From a virus (lineage: Duplodnaviria; Heunggongvirae; Uroviricota; Caudoviricetes), in IMG/VR virus record IMGVR_UViG_2695420793_000017: a stretch of 36,178 nucleotides of DNA; one strand, written 5' to 3'. Within the stretch, counting starts at the first letter, position 1, and every line of letters starts with the position of its first letter. Position numbers and translations under genes: made by a program. Positions 26,890-35,125 of this stretch are shown piece after piece. The notes under the pieces are model-generated. The model had not been told where the DNA came from. It ran no database searches and was given only the letters and a program-made list of their open reading frames with translations.

Positions 26890-29304
26890 TTAATACAGGT
26901 TCCGCCACTTATCATCTTCCTTCAGACGCTGGTTCCGATAGAAGATACGCAGGCCTGCTCCTGACGGAATACTGCCGCCGCGAAGGAGCAAATCGACTTC
27001 TTTCTCGCTGCCATCAAATCCCCTGGACTTCAGTTCATAGACGAGCTGCTGTCGCTGATGGTCTGTAATTCGCTGTTTGTAGTCTTTACGCCGTTTCGGT
27101 TTCACCTGGCGTAACCTTGCAGCCAGTTCCCGGCGCTCTTTTTTGCTCATACTGTGCAGGTAATCGTGCAACTCCTTGTCATTCATACGGGTAATATCCG
27201 TTCTGGAGTCCCCATCAGCTGATTTGTCTTTCCCTTGTTGGTTCAAATTTTCAGCAAGGGGACAGTTATTGCCACGAGTCCAAGGGGCGCAAGCGCCCTG
27301 GTCGGCTGCCGCCTCCTGAACATCAACGGCCTTACGAACCATTTTCCACTTCACGGCATGAGTGCAGATCTTGCCCTCTGCAATAGGTGACCAGATGCCA
27401 TAAATACGAATGCCGTGATCGCCATAGGCGGTCGGCTCTTCGTTGATTTCATAAGCGGTTCTGATGAGGTGATATTTGCGGGGAACCAGTACGCCGCCCT
27501 GCTTCATGATGTAGGTGGCAAAACAACCAGCATCAGCAGCAGCCAGGATGGCATCAAGGCGTGGGTTATCCAGTACCGGCGCACCTGCTTTTTTGTCCCC
27601 CTGTTGCCTTGCCGCCTGACCAGCCAGCAATCGCAGTTCACGGTAAGCCTGACGCCCCGGAATGCCAAAGAAGCGGAATTGCTGAACACGATGCAGAGAC
27701 GCCCAGGCATTCACGTATTCAGCGTTATCACGCAGAGATTTACCCGTTTCCTTACTGATCTCGCCAGCCAGACCACGCCCGTCAATGTTCTTGCTGATAT
27801 ATTTCGCGATGTAGCTTGTCGGCGTTCCTTTGCGCGGGTTAATCAACTCAGACTTAAAGCGCGGCCCCGTGTTATTGCCCAGCTCCTCGCGGTCTTCACG
27901 AATGGCAAACTTACGCAACAAAGCAGTAATGGCGCGGCGATCTTTTTTGCGCATAAAACACAACAGGTGCCAGTGAACTGTACCGTCATGATGCGGCTCC
28001 GCCACCCGCACGCCATACCAGCGCAATCCGGATTTGTGCATAGCCTTACGAAATGCAGCAAACATGCCGACCAGATAATCGCTGCTTTGTCTTACTGTCG
28101 CGTTGGTCCAGGTCGGGTTTGGCCTGCCGTTATTTAGCGTGGAATGGAAACGTGACGGACAGGTGATGGTGTAGAAAACGGCGCAGTCACCACGCATTTC
28201 CGCGATAAGCTCCAGACCTTTAACGCAGGCCATCATCTCATTGCGGCGATGCGCCGGGTTGCTGCTGCTGGCGTTTACCACATCCTCCATGTCCAGCGTG
28301 TCGCCGTCTTCGTTCACCAGTTCATGAGAGCGGAAAAACTCCAGCGACTTACGGCGCTGCTCACGTTTATGCATCACGGCTTCATAGCTAACATAGGGAG
28401 ATGCTTTTTTGCTGACCAGACAAACAGCACGCAACTGCTCTTCCCGCCATTCGCAACGCATCTTCCATAATTTCCGATACCACCAGTCGGCGCACAGCAT
28501 ACGCGCCAGCGAACCCGGAATGAGTTCATAGGGCACAGGTTTGCGGCGGTTTCTTTTCCGGCGGAGTTGCTCAAACGCAGGCGGTATGACATCCAGTCGC
28601 AGGGTTTCTGCTGCCACCTTTTCCCATGTCTTGCGGATTTCTTCCGGCTTAACATCATCGGAGGCATACAAATCGCCACAAGCTGCATCAAGGCACATGC
28701 TCATATGCGCAGCAACAAGGGTGGACAGGCGTTTCACCTGATCCTGACTCATTTCAGGCAGAATCAGCAGGCCGTCCAGCCCTTCATGGCTTGCCATAAA
28801 GCGAAAAGAAGTGGATAGCTGACTGTCGCGTACATGCTCCAGCCGTTCCAGACATGGCTTAATCGTCTCACGCAAATAGCGGGAATAAGCCTTTGGCCTG
28901 CCCAGGCTGCTGAAGTATTCAATACGTTGCATCAGCGGCTTGCTGATATGGGAAGGCTGGGCGCTGACATCTGCCAGAATGACCATGTCCGGGTTAAAAC
29001 GCTGCTGTTCATGCGCCAGCTTTGCCCGGCTAATGAGCTTATCCTGCTCCATTTCGCGCTGGACAGGATCACGGGATTCATTAAAGAAATAACGTTCCCA
29101 GACCTGATCACTCAGTGCCTCGCGGCGGCGCTGTTCCTGCTCGTTATCAGCAGCGTACAGAGTGATCATGTTTGAAAGTGCAGACTCCGGCGCAACTTCC
29201 GCCGGTTCCAGATAAGGGTTAATGGCCTTTTTCGGGCCGTTCCATGAAAATGCTGCGGCAGCCTCGTTAAAGCCGCTAGAGTTGCTCATATCGTCATGAC
29301 TCAT
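26890..29304 (-). CDS. A: replication initiation protein A (rolling-circle nickase family)
   Basis: 804-aa ORF at the gpA position in the early operon. Confidence 0.8.
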   Translation of the reverse strand: MSHDDMSNSSGFNEAAAAFSWNGPKKAINPYLEPAEVAPESALSNMITLYAADNEQEQRRREALSDQVWERYFFNESRDPVQREMEQDKLISRAKLAHEQQRFNPDMVILADVSAQPSHISKPLMQRIEYFSSLGRPKAYSRYLRETIKPCLERLEHVRDSQLSTSFRFMASHEGLDGLLILPEMSQDQVKRLSTLVAAHMSMCLDAACGDLYASDDVKPEEIRKTWEKVAAETLRLDVIPPAFEQLRRKRNRRKPVPYELIPGSLARMLCADWWYRKLWKMRCEWREEQLRAVCLVSKKASPYVSYEAVMHKREQRRKSLEFFRSHELVNEDGDTLDMEDVVNASSSNPAHRRNEMMACVKGLELIAEMRGDCAVFYTITCPSRFHSTLNNGRPNPTWTNATVRQSSDYLVGMFAAFRKAMHKSGLRWYGVRVAEPHHDGTVHWHLLCFMRKKDRRAITALLRKFAIREDREELGNNTGPRFKSELINPRKGTPTSYIAKYISKNIDGRGLAGEISKETGKSLRDNAEYVNAWASLHRVQQFRFFGIPGRQAYRELRLLAGQAARQQGDKKAGAPVLDNPRLDAILAAADAGCFATYIMKQGGVLVPRKYHLIRTAYEINEEPTAYGDHGIRIYGIWSPIAEGKICTHAVKWKMVRKAVDVQEAAADQGACAPWTRGNNCPLAENLNQQGKDKSADGDSRTDITRMNDKELHDYLHSMSKKERRELAARLRQVKPKRRKDYKQRITDHQRQQLVYELKSRGFDGSEKEVDLLLRGGSIPSGAGLRIFYRNQRLKEDDKWRNLY

Positions 29305-30158
29305 ACACGCACCTCGTACACAGCAGAACTATCCACGCCACGCGAAGGATCAAATCCCATCCAGCAGCGCGGCCCGGAAACAGCAATGATTTCTGTTGCA
29401 GATTTACTCTCGCCAGCCGACACGCCGATGCTGCGTTTTGCCTTGATGTAGTGGTGAGTGAAATTGCGATACAGCGAACGGATCAGGGATGTGTCACTGT
29501 TAGAAACAATGACCGGATGACCTTCAGATGATCGATGTTCAAGAACGGATGCCAGGTGATACTGGTCATCCTCAGTGAAGCCATCAGTGTGATAGCCGGA
29601 AAACGTACCGTCATACGGCGGATCGCAATACACCACATCCCCCACCTGCAGCATCGCCAGCGTTTCATCAAAGCTGGCGCAGATAAACGTTGCTCGCTGG
29701 GCTTTCTCTGCAAATGCGCGAATTTCTTTTTCAGGGAAATACGGATTTTTATAATTACCGTAGGGAATGTTGAAATGCCCGCTCTTGTTATAGCGACATA
29801 ACCCACGGTAACCGTGACGATTGAGATACAGGAAATATACCGCTTTCATGAAATCAGTAATTTCAGTGGAGTAATTAAACTCCTGCCTTATGTTGTAATA
29901 AGCCACCTCCCTGTTTGCTTCCTCAAATAAAGCTCTGGCACGAGATATAAACGCCTCGCAATCAGCAGCAACCTTTTTATAGAGGTTGATTAAATCAGGA
30001 TTAATATCCGCAACAAGATAGCTGGGGTAATCCGTCTCTATCATCACAGCACAAGAACCCGCGAAAGGTTCAACCAGTCGCGGGCCAGCAGGAAGGTATT
30101 TTTTCAGTTCCGGCATAATGGCGGTTTTATTACCCGCCCATTTCAGGATGGTGCTCAT
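29301..30158 (-). CDS. DNA adenine methyltransferase (Dam-like)
   Basis: DPPY catalytic motif and FAGSCAV SAM-binding motif; start set at [11 protein letters not shown] (ATG 30158), overlapping the upstream gene's stop. Confidence 0.8.
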   Translation of the reverse strand: MSTILKWAGNKTAIMPELKKYLPAGPRLVEPFAGSCAVMIETDYPSYLVADINPDLINLYKKVAADCEAFISRARALFEEANREVAYYNIRQEFNYSTEITDFMKAVYFLYLNRHGYRGLCRYNKSGHFNIPYGNYKNPYFPEKEIRAFAEKAQRATFICASFDETLAMLQVGDVVYCDPPYDGTFSGYHTDGFTEDDQYHLASVLEHRSSEGHPVIVSNSDTSLIRSLYRNFTHHYIKAKRSIGVSAGESKSATEIIAVSGPRCWMGFDPSRGVDSSAVYEVRV

Positions 30159-30382
30159 ACAGCACCTCCGTTGTAATGTTTGCCTTTCAGCTCTGCGATT
30201 TCCTGACAGGTAATGCAAAGCTGCACACCCGGAATGGCGCGACGTCGTGCTGGCGGAATTGGTGCTTCGCACTCAATGCAAAGCACGCGGGATACGCCCG
30301 GCGTTTTGGCGCGGGCAGCACGGATATGACGCTGGCGTTCTTCTTCAACGCGCTGCTGTACGAGATCCATTGCATCAGCCAT
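30155..30382 (-). CDS. TraR/DksA-family C4 zinc-finger protein
   Basis: 75-aa ORF with CIEC...N17...CITC. Confidence 0.7.
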   Translation of the reverse strand: MADAMDLVQQRVEEERQRHIRAARAKTPGVSRVLCIECEAPIPPARRRAIPGVQLCITCQEIAELKGKHYNGGAV

Positions 30383-30621
30383 CAGTGGATCTCCTGCGCT
30401 TCGTTCTGGATTGCTTCAGCAGTCACACGCAGCAGTTCTGCCGCTTCGACGTGGTTTAGCTGGCGGGATGTGATATGACACGCCAGGCTATCAAGGCGAG
30501 CTGCCATTGCTTCAGCCCTTGCCCGGCGTTCTTCCAGACGAGCCTCTGTCAGTAAAATATTAAGCCCTGCATCATCCGGTCCGGTTTTAGTCGTGAGGAT
30601 TTCAATATTACGCATAATCAA
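30382..30621 (-). CDS. hypothetical early protein
   Basis: 79-aa ORF tightly packed in the early operon. Confidence 0.5.
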   Translation of the reverse strand: MIMRNIEILTTKTGPDDAGLNILLTEARLEERRARAEAMAARLDSLACHITSRQLNHVEAAELLRVTAEAIQNEAQEIH

Positions 30622-30682
30622 TTCTCCTGAATTTAGATAAAGGGATGCCTGGCGGGTTTACGCCATGAATTTCATTAGTTGG

Positions 30683-31024
30683 TTAATTCGGCATGGTTAG
30701 CCGTCTGGGAAATAAGCTCACCACTGCACGAAAATGATTCATTGCTTTAATCAGCTCCCGCTTTTCGTCAGTGGTCAGCTCATTAATGCTGATGCTATGA
30801 CGTTCAGCTGGAATTTTTGCCATAAAGAATATGGCAGCCAGTGCCCGTTTATTTTGTTCATTATTGATATCCCGTGGATCACGCATATCTTTAATAAACC
30901 GCTCAAGCTCTGACTCAATATTCAGGCCAAAAACTTTCGCTCTTAATTCCGCAATGTGATTAAGTCCATTCAGGCGTTCACCGGGGCTTAATGGAACAGT
31001 CGCCGCAGCGCCATTAATTGCCAT
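30683..31024 (-). CDS. hypothetical early protein
   Basis: 113-aa ORF in the early operon; no family recognised. Confidence 0.5.
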   Translation of the reverse strand: MAINGAAATVPLSPGERLNGLNHIAELRAKVFGLNIESELERFIKDMRDPRDINNEQNKRALAAIFFMAKIPAERHSISINELTTDEKRELIKAMNHFRAVVSLFPRRLTMPN

Positions 31025-31046
31025 AATTCATATCCCCAAAACGCAA

Positions 31047-31271
31047 CTATCGTTCTTTGTTCTTACGGTAACGCTCAAGGGGAGATACATTTTTTCGTAC
31101 CGTCTCTTTAACCTGCTCTCCCCGTAAAAACGTCCCATCCTTTAGTGTGAAAAAGTAACTGCCATCGCCCGACAACGACGGATAACAACAGAGCAAATCA
31201 TCTTCAGGTACTGAATAACTATCCCCTCTGTAACGAAACTGATAAACCACTTCACTTTCTGCCGCATACAT
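31047..31271 (-). CDS. hypothetical early protein
   Basis: 74-aa ORF; overlaps an alternative-frame ORF (31142-31384) that starts inside the 60-bp repeat, so which frame is real is unresolved. Confidence 0.35.
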   Translation of the reverse strand: MYAAESEVVYQFRYRGDSYSVPEDDLLCCYPSLSGDGSYFFTLKDGTFLRGEQVKETVRKNVSPLERYRKNKER

Positions 31272-31361
31272 TTGGACTTTCTCCGTTTCCTCGTGGTCAC
31301 TTCAGACAGCAATTCATCTTGTGAATAACATGGATGCCAGCGTTTACCATCCTCACCCATG

Positions 31362-31421
31362 ATCCAGCCGTGACCGTAGTGCATTGCCGGGCTTTGTTTT
31401 ACCAGCAGCGATGCAAATGAT
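31362..31421. repeat. 60-bp direct repeat, copy 1
   Basis: 59/60 identical to 32165-32224; on the minus strand it carries an ATG and the first codons MHYGHGWI. Confidence 0.8.
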
Positions 31422-31511
31422 TGTGCCGGGAATTTTTCTACACGCCCGGCGCGTGCCTCAGTGGTAGACTATTTGTGCTAACAATCATCTACCCCTCAAA
31501 GGAGAAAACTG

Positions 31512-31592
31512 ATGTCAGAAACAGACAACTTTCATGTACTCCCTCGCCCGGCTCCAGCACCTCAGCCTGAACCGGGGCAAGAGAAGAAATAG
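31512..31592 (+). CDS. possible 26-aa proline-rich leader peptide
   Basis: ATG with AAAGGAG 7 nt upstream; MSETDNFHVLPRPAPAPQPEPGQEKK; stop 9 nt before the next ATG; below the ORF-track size cut-off. Confidence 0.3.
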   Translation: MSETDNFHVLPRPAPAPQPEPGQEKK

Positions 31593-31601
31593 GAATCCGG
31601 C

Positions 31602-32060
31602 ATGACTAAACAAAGCTCCGAATACTTCCAATTACACTACTGTTATTACCTTGAACTAATGACAGCAACGTTCCATGGTCGAGCTGATAAATTAATGACA
31701 GCAATCCAACTTATAAGCGGAACAGCTGTATTTGCTAATACAGGTCTGGAATGGTTGTTCGCTTTTCCTGTTGTTGTAATCGCAACAATCCAACTTGTAT
31801 GGCAACCAGCTATTATTGCGGAACGAGCAAGCATACAAAGCCGACAATATGGTGAGTTGCTTTACGCCGAGGATGAATTGTCTCCACAGTTCATTGCACA
31901 AAAATTGAAAGCTTTGCATCACTCTGACTCCACAACATTCGGATCTTTGTTAAACCCTGCCTACAAAAGAGCTGCTATTGCCTGTGGTCGGGTTGACGAT
32001 GTAAACCTCAGCTTCCAAGAAAAACTTTTCGCTTGGTTCGCAGGTTGTTTGCCACGTTAA
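31602..32060 (+). CDS. hypothetical membrane protein (moron, opposite strand to the early operon)
   Basis: 152-aa ORF with a hydrophobic segment; AGGAAT Shine-Dalgarno; lower GC by eye; bracketed by the 60-bp direct repeats. Confidence 0.55.
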   Translation: MTKQSSEYFQLHYCYYLELMTATFHGRADKLMTAIQLISGTAVFANTGLEWLFAFPVVVIATIQLVWQPAIIAERASIQSRQYGELLYAEDELSPQFIAQKLKALHHSDSTTFGSLLNPAYKRAAIACGRVDDVNLSFQEKLFAWFAGCLPR

Positions 32061-32164
32061 CCATAAATCTTTGTAGGAATCGCTTTTTATTTCTTCCCCG
32101 GTAAGCCTGTTGCCGGGGTTGTAATTCAAAACTTGGATGCCACTTTTTCCCACAAGGTAAATAA

Positions 32165-32224
32165 ATCCAGCCGTGACCGTAGTGCATTGCCGGACTTTGT
32201 TTTACCAGCAGCGATGCAAATGAT
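32165..32224. repeat. 60-bp direct repeat, copy 2
   Basis: 59/60 identical to 31362-31421; immediately downstream of cII. Confidence 0.8.
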
Positions 32225-32248
32225 GGTTCTTTCGTCAGCATAAGCACC

Positions 32249-32758
32249 TCACAGCAAACCGAATGAAGCACCGAGGCCAGTCACGGTATCAACTGCACTC
32301 GCCATCGCAGGATTAGCCTGTAAACGGGCCTGCAATGAAACAGCAGCCAGCGCCATCAGTCGTGTTACAGAGTTAATGCTGCTGATAGCATCACGACGAC
32401 CGGCACTAGTTTTTACATCACCAGATACCGCACCTGCTGCAACACGTCCGATCTCTGCAGTTGCGCTCATGACGTAATGCGGCAGTTTCTCTTTTGCAAC
32501 CTCATTAATCGGTACACATGGCAGGCAGTGAATCTGTGCCAGAAAACCATCTACCAGCGTTGAATCTTCAGTCAGATCGGTAAGCAGCCAGATTTCTGGT
32601 GCAGTTAATAAATGAGGTTGAGATGGGTTCAGCTTGTTCCGCAGAATCTGCACATTCATGCCAGCACGTTCTGCCAGTTGCACCAGGTTGTGGCGCAATG
32701 CGAATGCACGACAGGCTTCATCAAAATGTGGATGTTTGGAAACTTGGTAATCAAACAT
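32249..32758 (-). CDS. cII: CII-like lysogeny establishment regulator (186 type)
   Basis: start set at [19 protein letters not shown]..., which matches the N-terminus and length of phage 186 CII as recalled. Confidence 0.75.
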   Translation of the reverse strand: MFDYQVSKHPHFDEACRAFALRHNLVQLAERAGMNVQILRNKLNPSQPHLLTAPEIWLLTDLTEDSTLVDGFLAQIHCLPCVPINEVAKEKLPHYVMSATAEIGRVAAGAVSGDVKTSAGRRDAISSINSVTRLMALAAVSLQARLQANPAMASAVDTVTGLGASFGLL

Positions 32759-32790
32759 GGTCGATACCCCTGATGTATCCCAAAATGGAA

Positions 32791-33012
32791 CTAGTTGAAT
32801 ACAACATTGCAATCAGTAAGTGCATCAACGGTAAGAGCAGCAAGGTTGATCATCACCTTTTCTCTTTTCTTGTCTTTCCGAAGGCGATGCCGAGGGATGC
32901 GACCGTCAGCCAGCATATCGTTAATTGTATCGATTGAAAGACCAGTAAGTTCGCTATAACGCTCAATTGTGACATGTGGCGTATTCAGAGTTATTGAAAT
33001 GTTAGGGGTCAT
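32791..33012 (-). CDS. apl: Apl/Cox-like excisionase and transcriptional regulator
   Basis: 73-aa HTH-like ORF divergent from cI and first gene of the lytic operon. Confidence 0.65.
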   Translation of the reverse strand: MTPNISITLNTPHVTIERYSELTGLSIDTINDMLADGRIPRHRLRKDKKREKVMINLAALTVDALTDCNVVFN

Positions 33013-33100
33013 GATGCAACATCTCCTATTGGCTTGTGGTGAGCCGGTTTGAATTGTGACCAGAACTTCACAAAACGGAGATTAGGATCTCATAACGGTT

Positions 33101-34039
33101 ATGTCAACTCAAAAAAACACATTTCGCCATATTAGCGAGAGTCTAAAAACTTCAATAATGCAAAACCGTGGGGGACAGAAAGTAATTGAGCGTATACTTG
33201 CTGCGTATGGTTTTACTTCGCGGCAAGCATTTTGCAATCATCTGGGTATCTCACAAAGCACGATGGCTAACAGGTATGCTCGTGACACATTTCCTGCTGA
33301 CTGGGTGATAATTTGCAGTATAGAGACCGGCGCATCTATCGACTGGTTGGCATCGGGAATCAGCTGTGAATCATCCTCAGTTTTATTAAATGATGAACGT
33401 TTAGCCCATACCAAATCTGATGACCTGGATAGAACTAACTCAATAGCCCAAAAGTTCCCAATCGAGACCAGCATAAATCCTAATAAAGGAGGGAAGGCGG
33501 CAATTGATCGCTTAGTCGCAGCCTACGGCTTTAGCACCCGACAAGCCCTAGCAAACCATTTGCAGGTTTCAAAAAGCACTGTAGCAAACAGGTACTTACG
33601 AGACACGTTTCCTAGCGATTGGATCATTCAATGCGCTCTTGAAACAGGAACTTCATTACTCTGGCTCACAAACGGCAATGGCCCCAAATTTATCGATAAT
33701 TCCAGCTCTGTAGCCCAACTTAAACACCAAACAATCATTGACGGTAAATTACATGATGAAGGCTACTTAGCATTTGACAAGACGCTTATACCTTCCGGAT
33801 TGAAAAAACCTATTGGAGTTACCGCAGAAGGAAAAACCTTTATTGCAGATACAGAATATGATGATGTTTCAGATGGTAGTTGGTTGATTGAGATTGAAGG
33901 TAAAGTAAGTTTAAGAAAATTAACAAGAATTCCAGTTGGAAAAGTAAAAATCACATCAGATACAACTGATTTTGTTTGTAAGCTTGAAGACATTACAACC
34001 ATCGCAAAATGTTGTTGCGTTTTTTCAAAGGAAATTTAA
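33101..34039 (+). CDS. cI: CI-like immunity repressor with a tandemly duplicated N-terminal DNA-binding domain
   Basis: 312-aa ORF; two homologous modules (...ERILAAYGF.SRQAFCNHLGISQSTMANRYARDTFPADW... and ...DRLVAAYGFSTRQALANHLQVSKSTVANRYLRDTFPSDW...) followed by a C-terminal domain. Confidence 0.75.
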   Translation: MSTQKNTFRHISESLKTSIMQNRGGQKVIERILAAYGFTSRQAFCNHLGISQSTMANRYARDTFPADWVIICSIETGASIDWLASGISCESSSVLLNDERLAHTKSDDLDRTNSIAQKFPIETSINPNKGGKAAIDRLVAAYGFSTRQALANHLQVSKSTVANRYLRDTFPSDWIIQCALETGTSLLWLTNGNGPKFIDNSSSVAQLKHQTIIDGKLHDEGYLAFDKTLIPSGLKKPIGVTAEGKTFIADTEYDDVSDGSWLIEIEGKVSLRKLTRIPVGKVKITSDTTDFVCKLEDITTIAKCCCVFSKEI

Positions 34040-34049
34040 AGGAACATAC

Positions 34050-35039
34050 ATGAATTCTGAAAATAAAAAAAATGAAAACAACGATTATGTTGAAAAAGTT
34101 AATTGCGAATGGAAAGATCTTTATAATATTTTAAATGAAAATCTGCATAAATTTAATGAAAATGAACGCGCCTACTTAGTCGACTTATTAAAAAAAGGTG
34201 AACTTGATAAATTCAGAGAATACTACTGGAAATTAGCCCAGCAAGAAAAAATGAACTACAGCGATAAAGCTGGAGATATTTTTATTAATGAAAACAATAA
34301 GATAGATGAATTAATAAAAGAACAAAAACATCTTCGAGAGATAATGCGATCATATACCAAACGTTTATTGGAGGCTGAAGAGTCCAAAGCTACGTTACAT
34401 CTTCGGAATGAGAATTTAGAAAAACTAAATTCTGAAAAAGAAGCAATTATTGAGCAAGCCGTATCTAGAATAAAGCAACTTGAAGCATCTAACAGCGAAT
34501 TACAAAGCCGAGTACAACAAGAAAGGATTGATGAGAAAATACCAGGATATGTCGATAGCGTTAAAAGTGAACTAAGTTCAGATGACTTATATTTCATTAA
34601 AATGTCGCAAGTATGGGCTTTTACTGGCTGCATTTTTGGGCTACTTGCTGTATGTGCATCATTTTATACACTCTACGCCACAATTGACTTCAACAATGTT
34701 AAAGGCTTTGAGCTATTTTATTTTTTCACACGTGGTTTAATTGGTATTTCCATTCTTTCTTGGCTAGCATATATTTGCCTTGGCAACTCTAAAAAATATA
34801 CCCATGAATCAATTTTGAGAAAAGATAGAAGACATGCACTAATGTTTGGGCAAGTATTCCTGCAAATTTATGGTTCCACGTCAACAAAAGAAGATGCTGT
34901 GTTAGTCTTTAAAGACTGGAATATGTCTGGTAACTCTGCATTTTCTGACAAAACAGAACTCCCTCCGGGAATCCAATCTTTATGGGATTCAACCAAAGAA
35001 AAACTAAAGCCAAGTACCGCTGAAAAAGCACAGGAGTGA
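34050..35039 (+). CDS. hypothetical coiled-coil/two-TM protein (AT-rich moron between cI and int)
   Basis: start set at MNSENKK (AGGAA Shine-Dalgarno); Lys/Glu/Asn-rich coiled-coil N-half, two hydrophobic helices; strongly AT-rich by eye. Confidence 0.7.
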   Translation: MNSENKKNENNDYVEKVNCEWKDLYNILNENLHKFNENERAYLVDLLKKGELDKFREYYWKLAQQEKMNYSDKAGDIFINENNKIDELIKEQKHLREIMRSYTKRLLEAEESKATLHLRNENLEKLNSEKEAIIEQAVSRIKQLEASNSELQSRVQQERIDEKIPGYVDSVKSELSSDDLYFIKMSQVWAFTGCIFGLLAVCASFYTLYATIDFNNVKGFELFYFFTRGLIGISILSWLAYICLGNSKKYTHESILRKDRRHALMFGQVFLQIYGSTSTKEDAVLVFKDWNMSGNSAFSDKTELPPGIQSLWDSTKEKLKPSTAEKAQE

Positions 35040-35074
35040 GGCCAATGTTTATTTCACCCTAAACATACATTGAT

Positions 35075-35094
35075 AACTGTTTAAATATACAGTT
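35075..35094. promoter_or_regulatory. LexA-box-like palindrome upstream of int
   Basis: aACTGTttaaatatACAGtt = CTGT-N8-ACAG; function uncertain. Confidence 0.35.
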
Positions 35095-35100
35095 AAATTT

Positions 35101-35125
35101 AGCCCTCTGATATGAGGGCTTTTTT
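35101..35125 (+). terminator. rho-independent terminator abutting the int start
   Basis: AGCCCTC-tgatat-GAGGGCT hairpin followed by TTTTT immediately before the int ATG at 35126. Confidence 0.55.

Noticed and set aside
27415-28137. 240-aa plus-strand ORF
   Set aside because: Antisense inside replication gene A; no ribosome-binding site or family features.
31142-31384. 80-aa minus-strand ORF starting in the 60-bp repeat (MHYGHGWI...)
   Set aside because: Not rejected as a real start, but after about 28 residues the translation becomes an implausible basic/Cys-rich string and overlaps the more protein-like 74-aa ORF (31047-31271) in another frame; I could not decide which frame is real, or whether a frameshift joins them, so it is not listed as a separate confident CDS.
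31950-32153. 67-aa minus-strand ORF
   Set aside because: Overlaps the plus-strand 152-aa membrane ORF and has no ribosome-binding site; judged less likely than the plus-strand gene.
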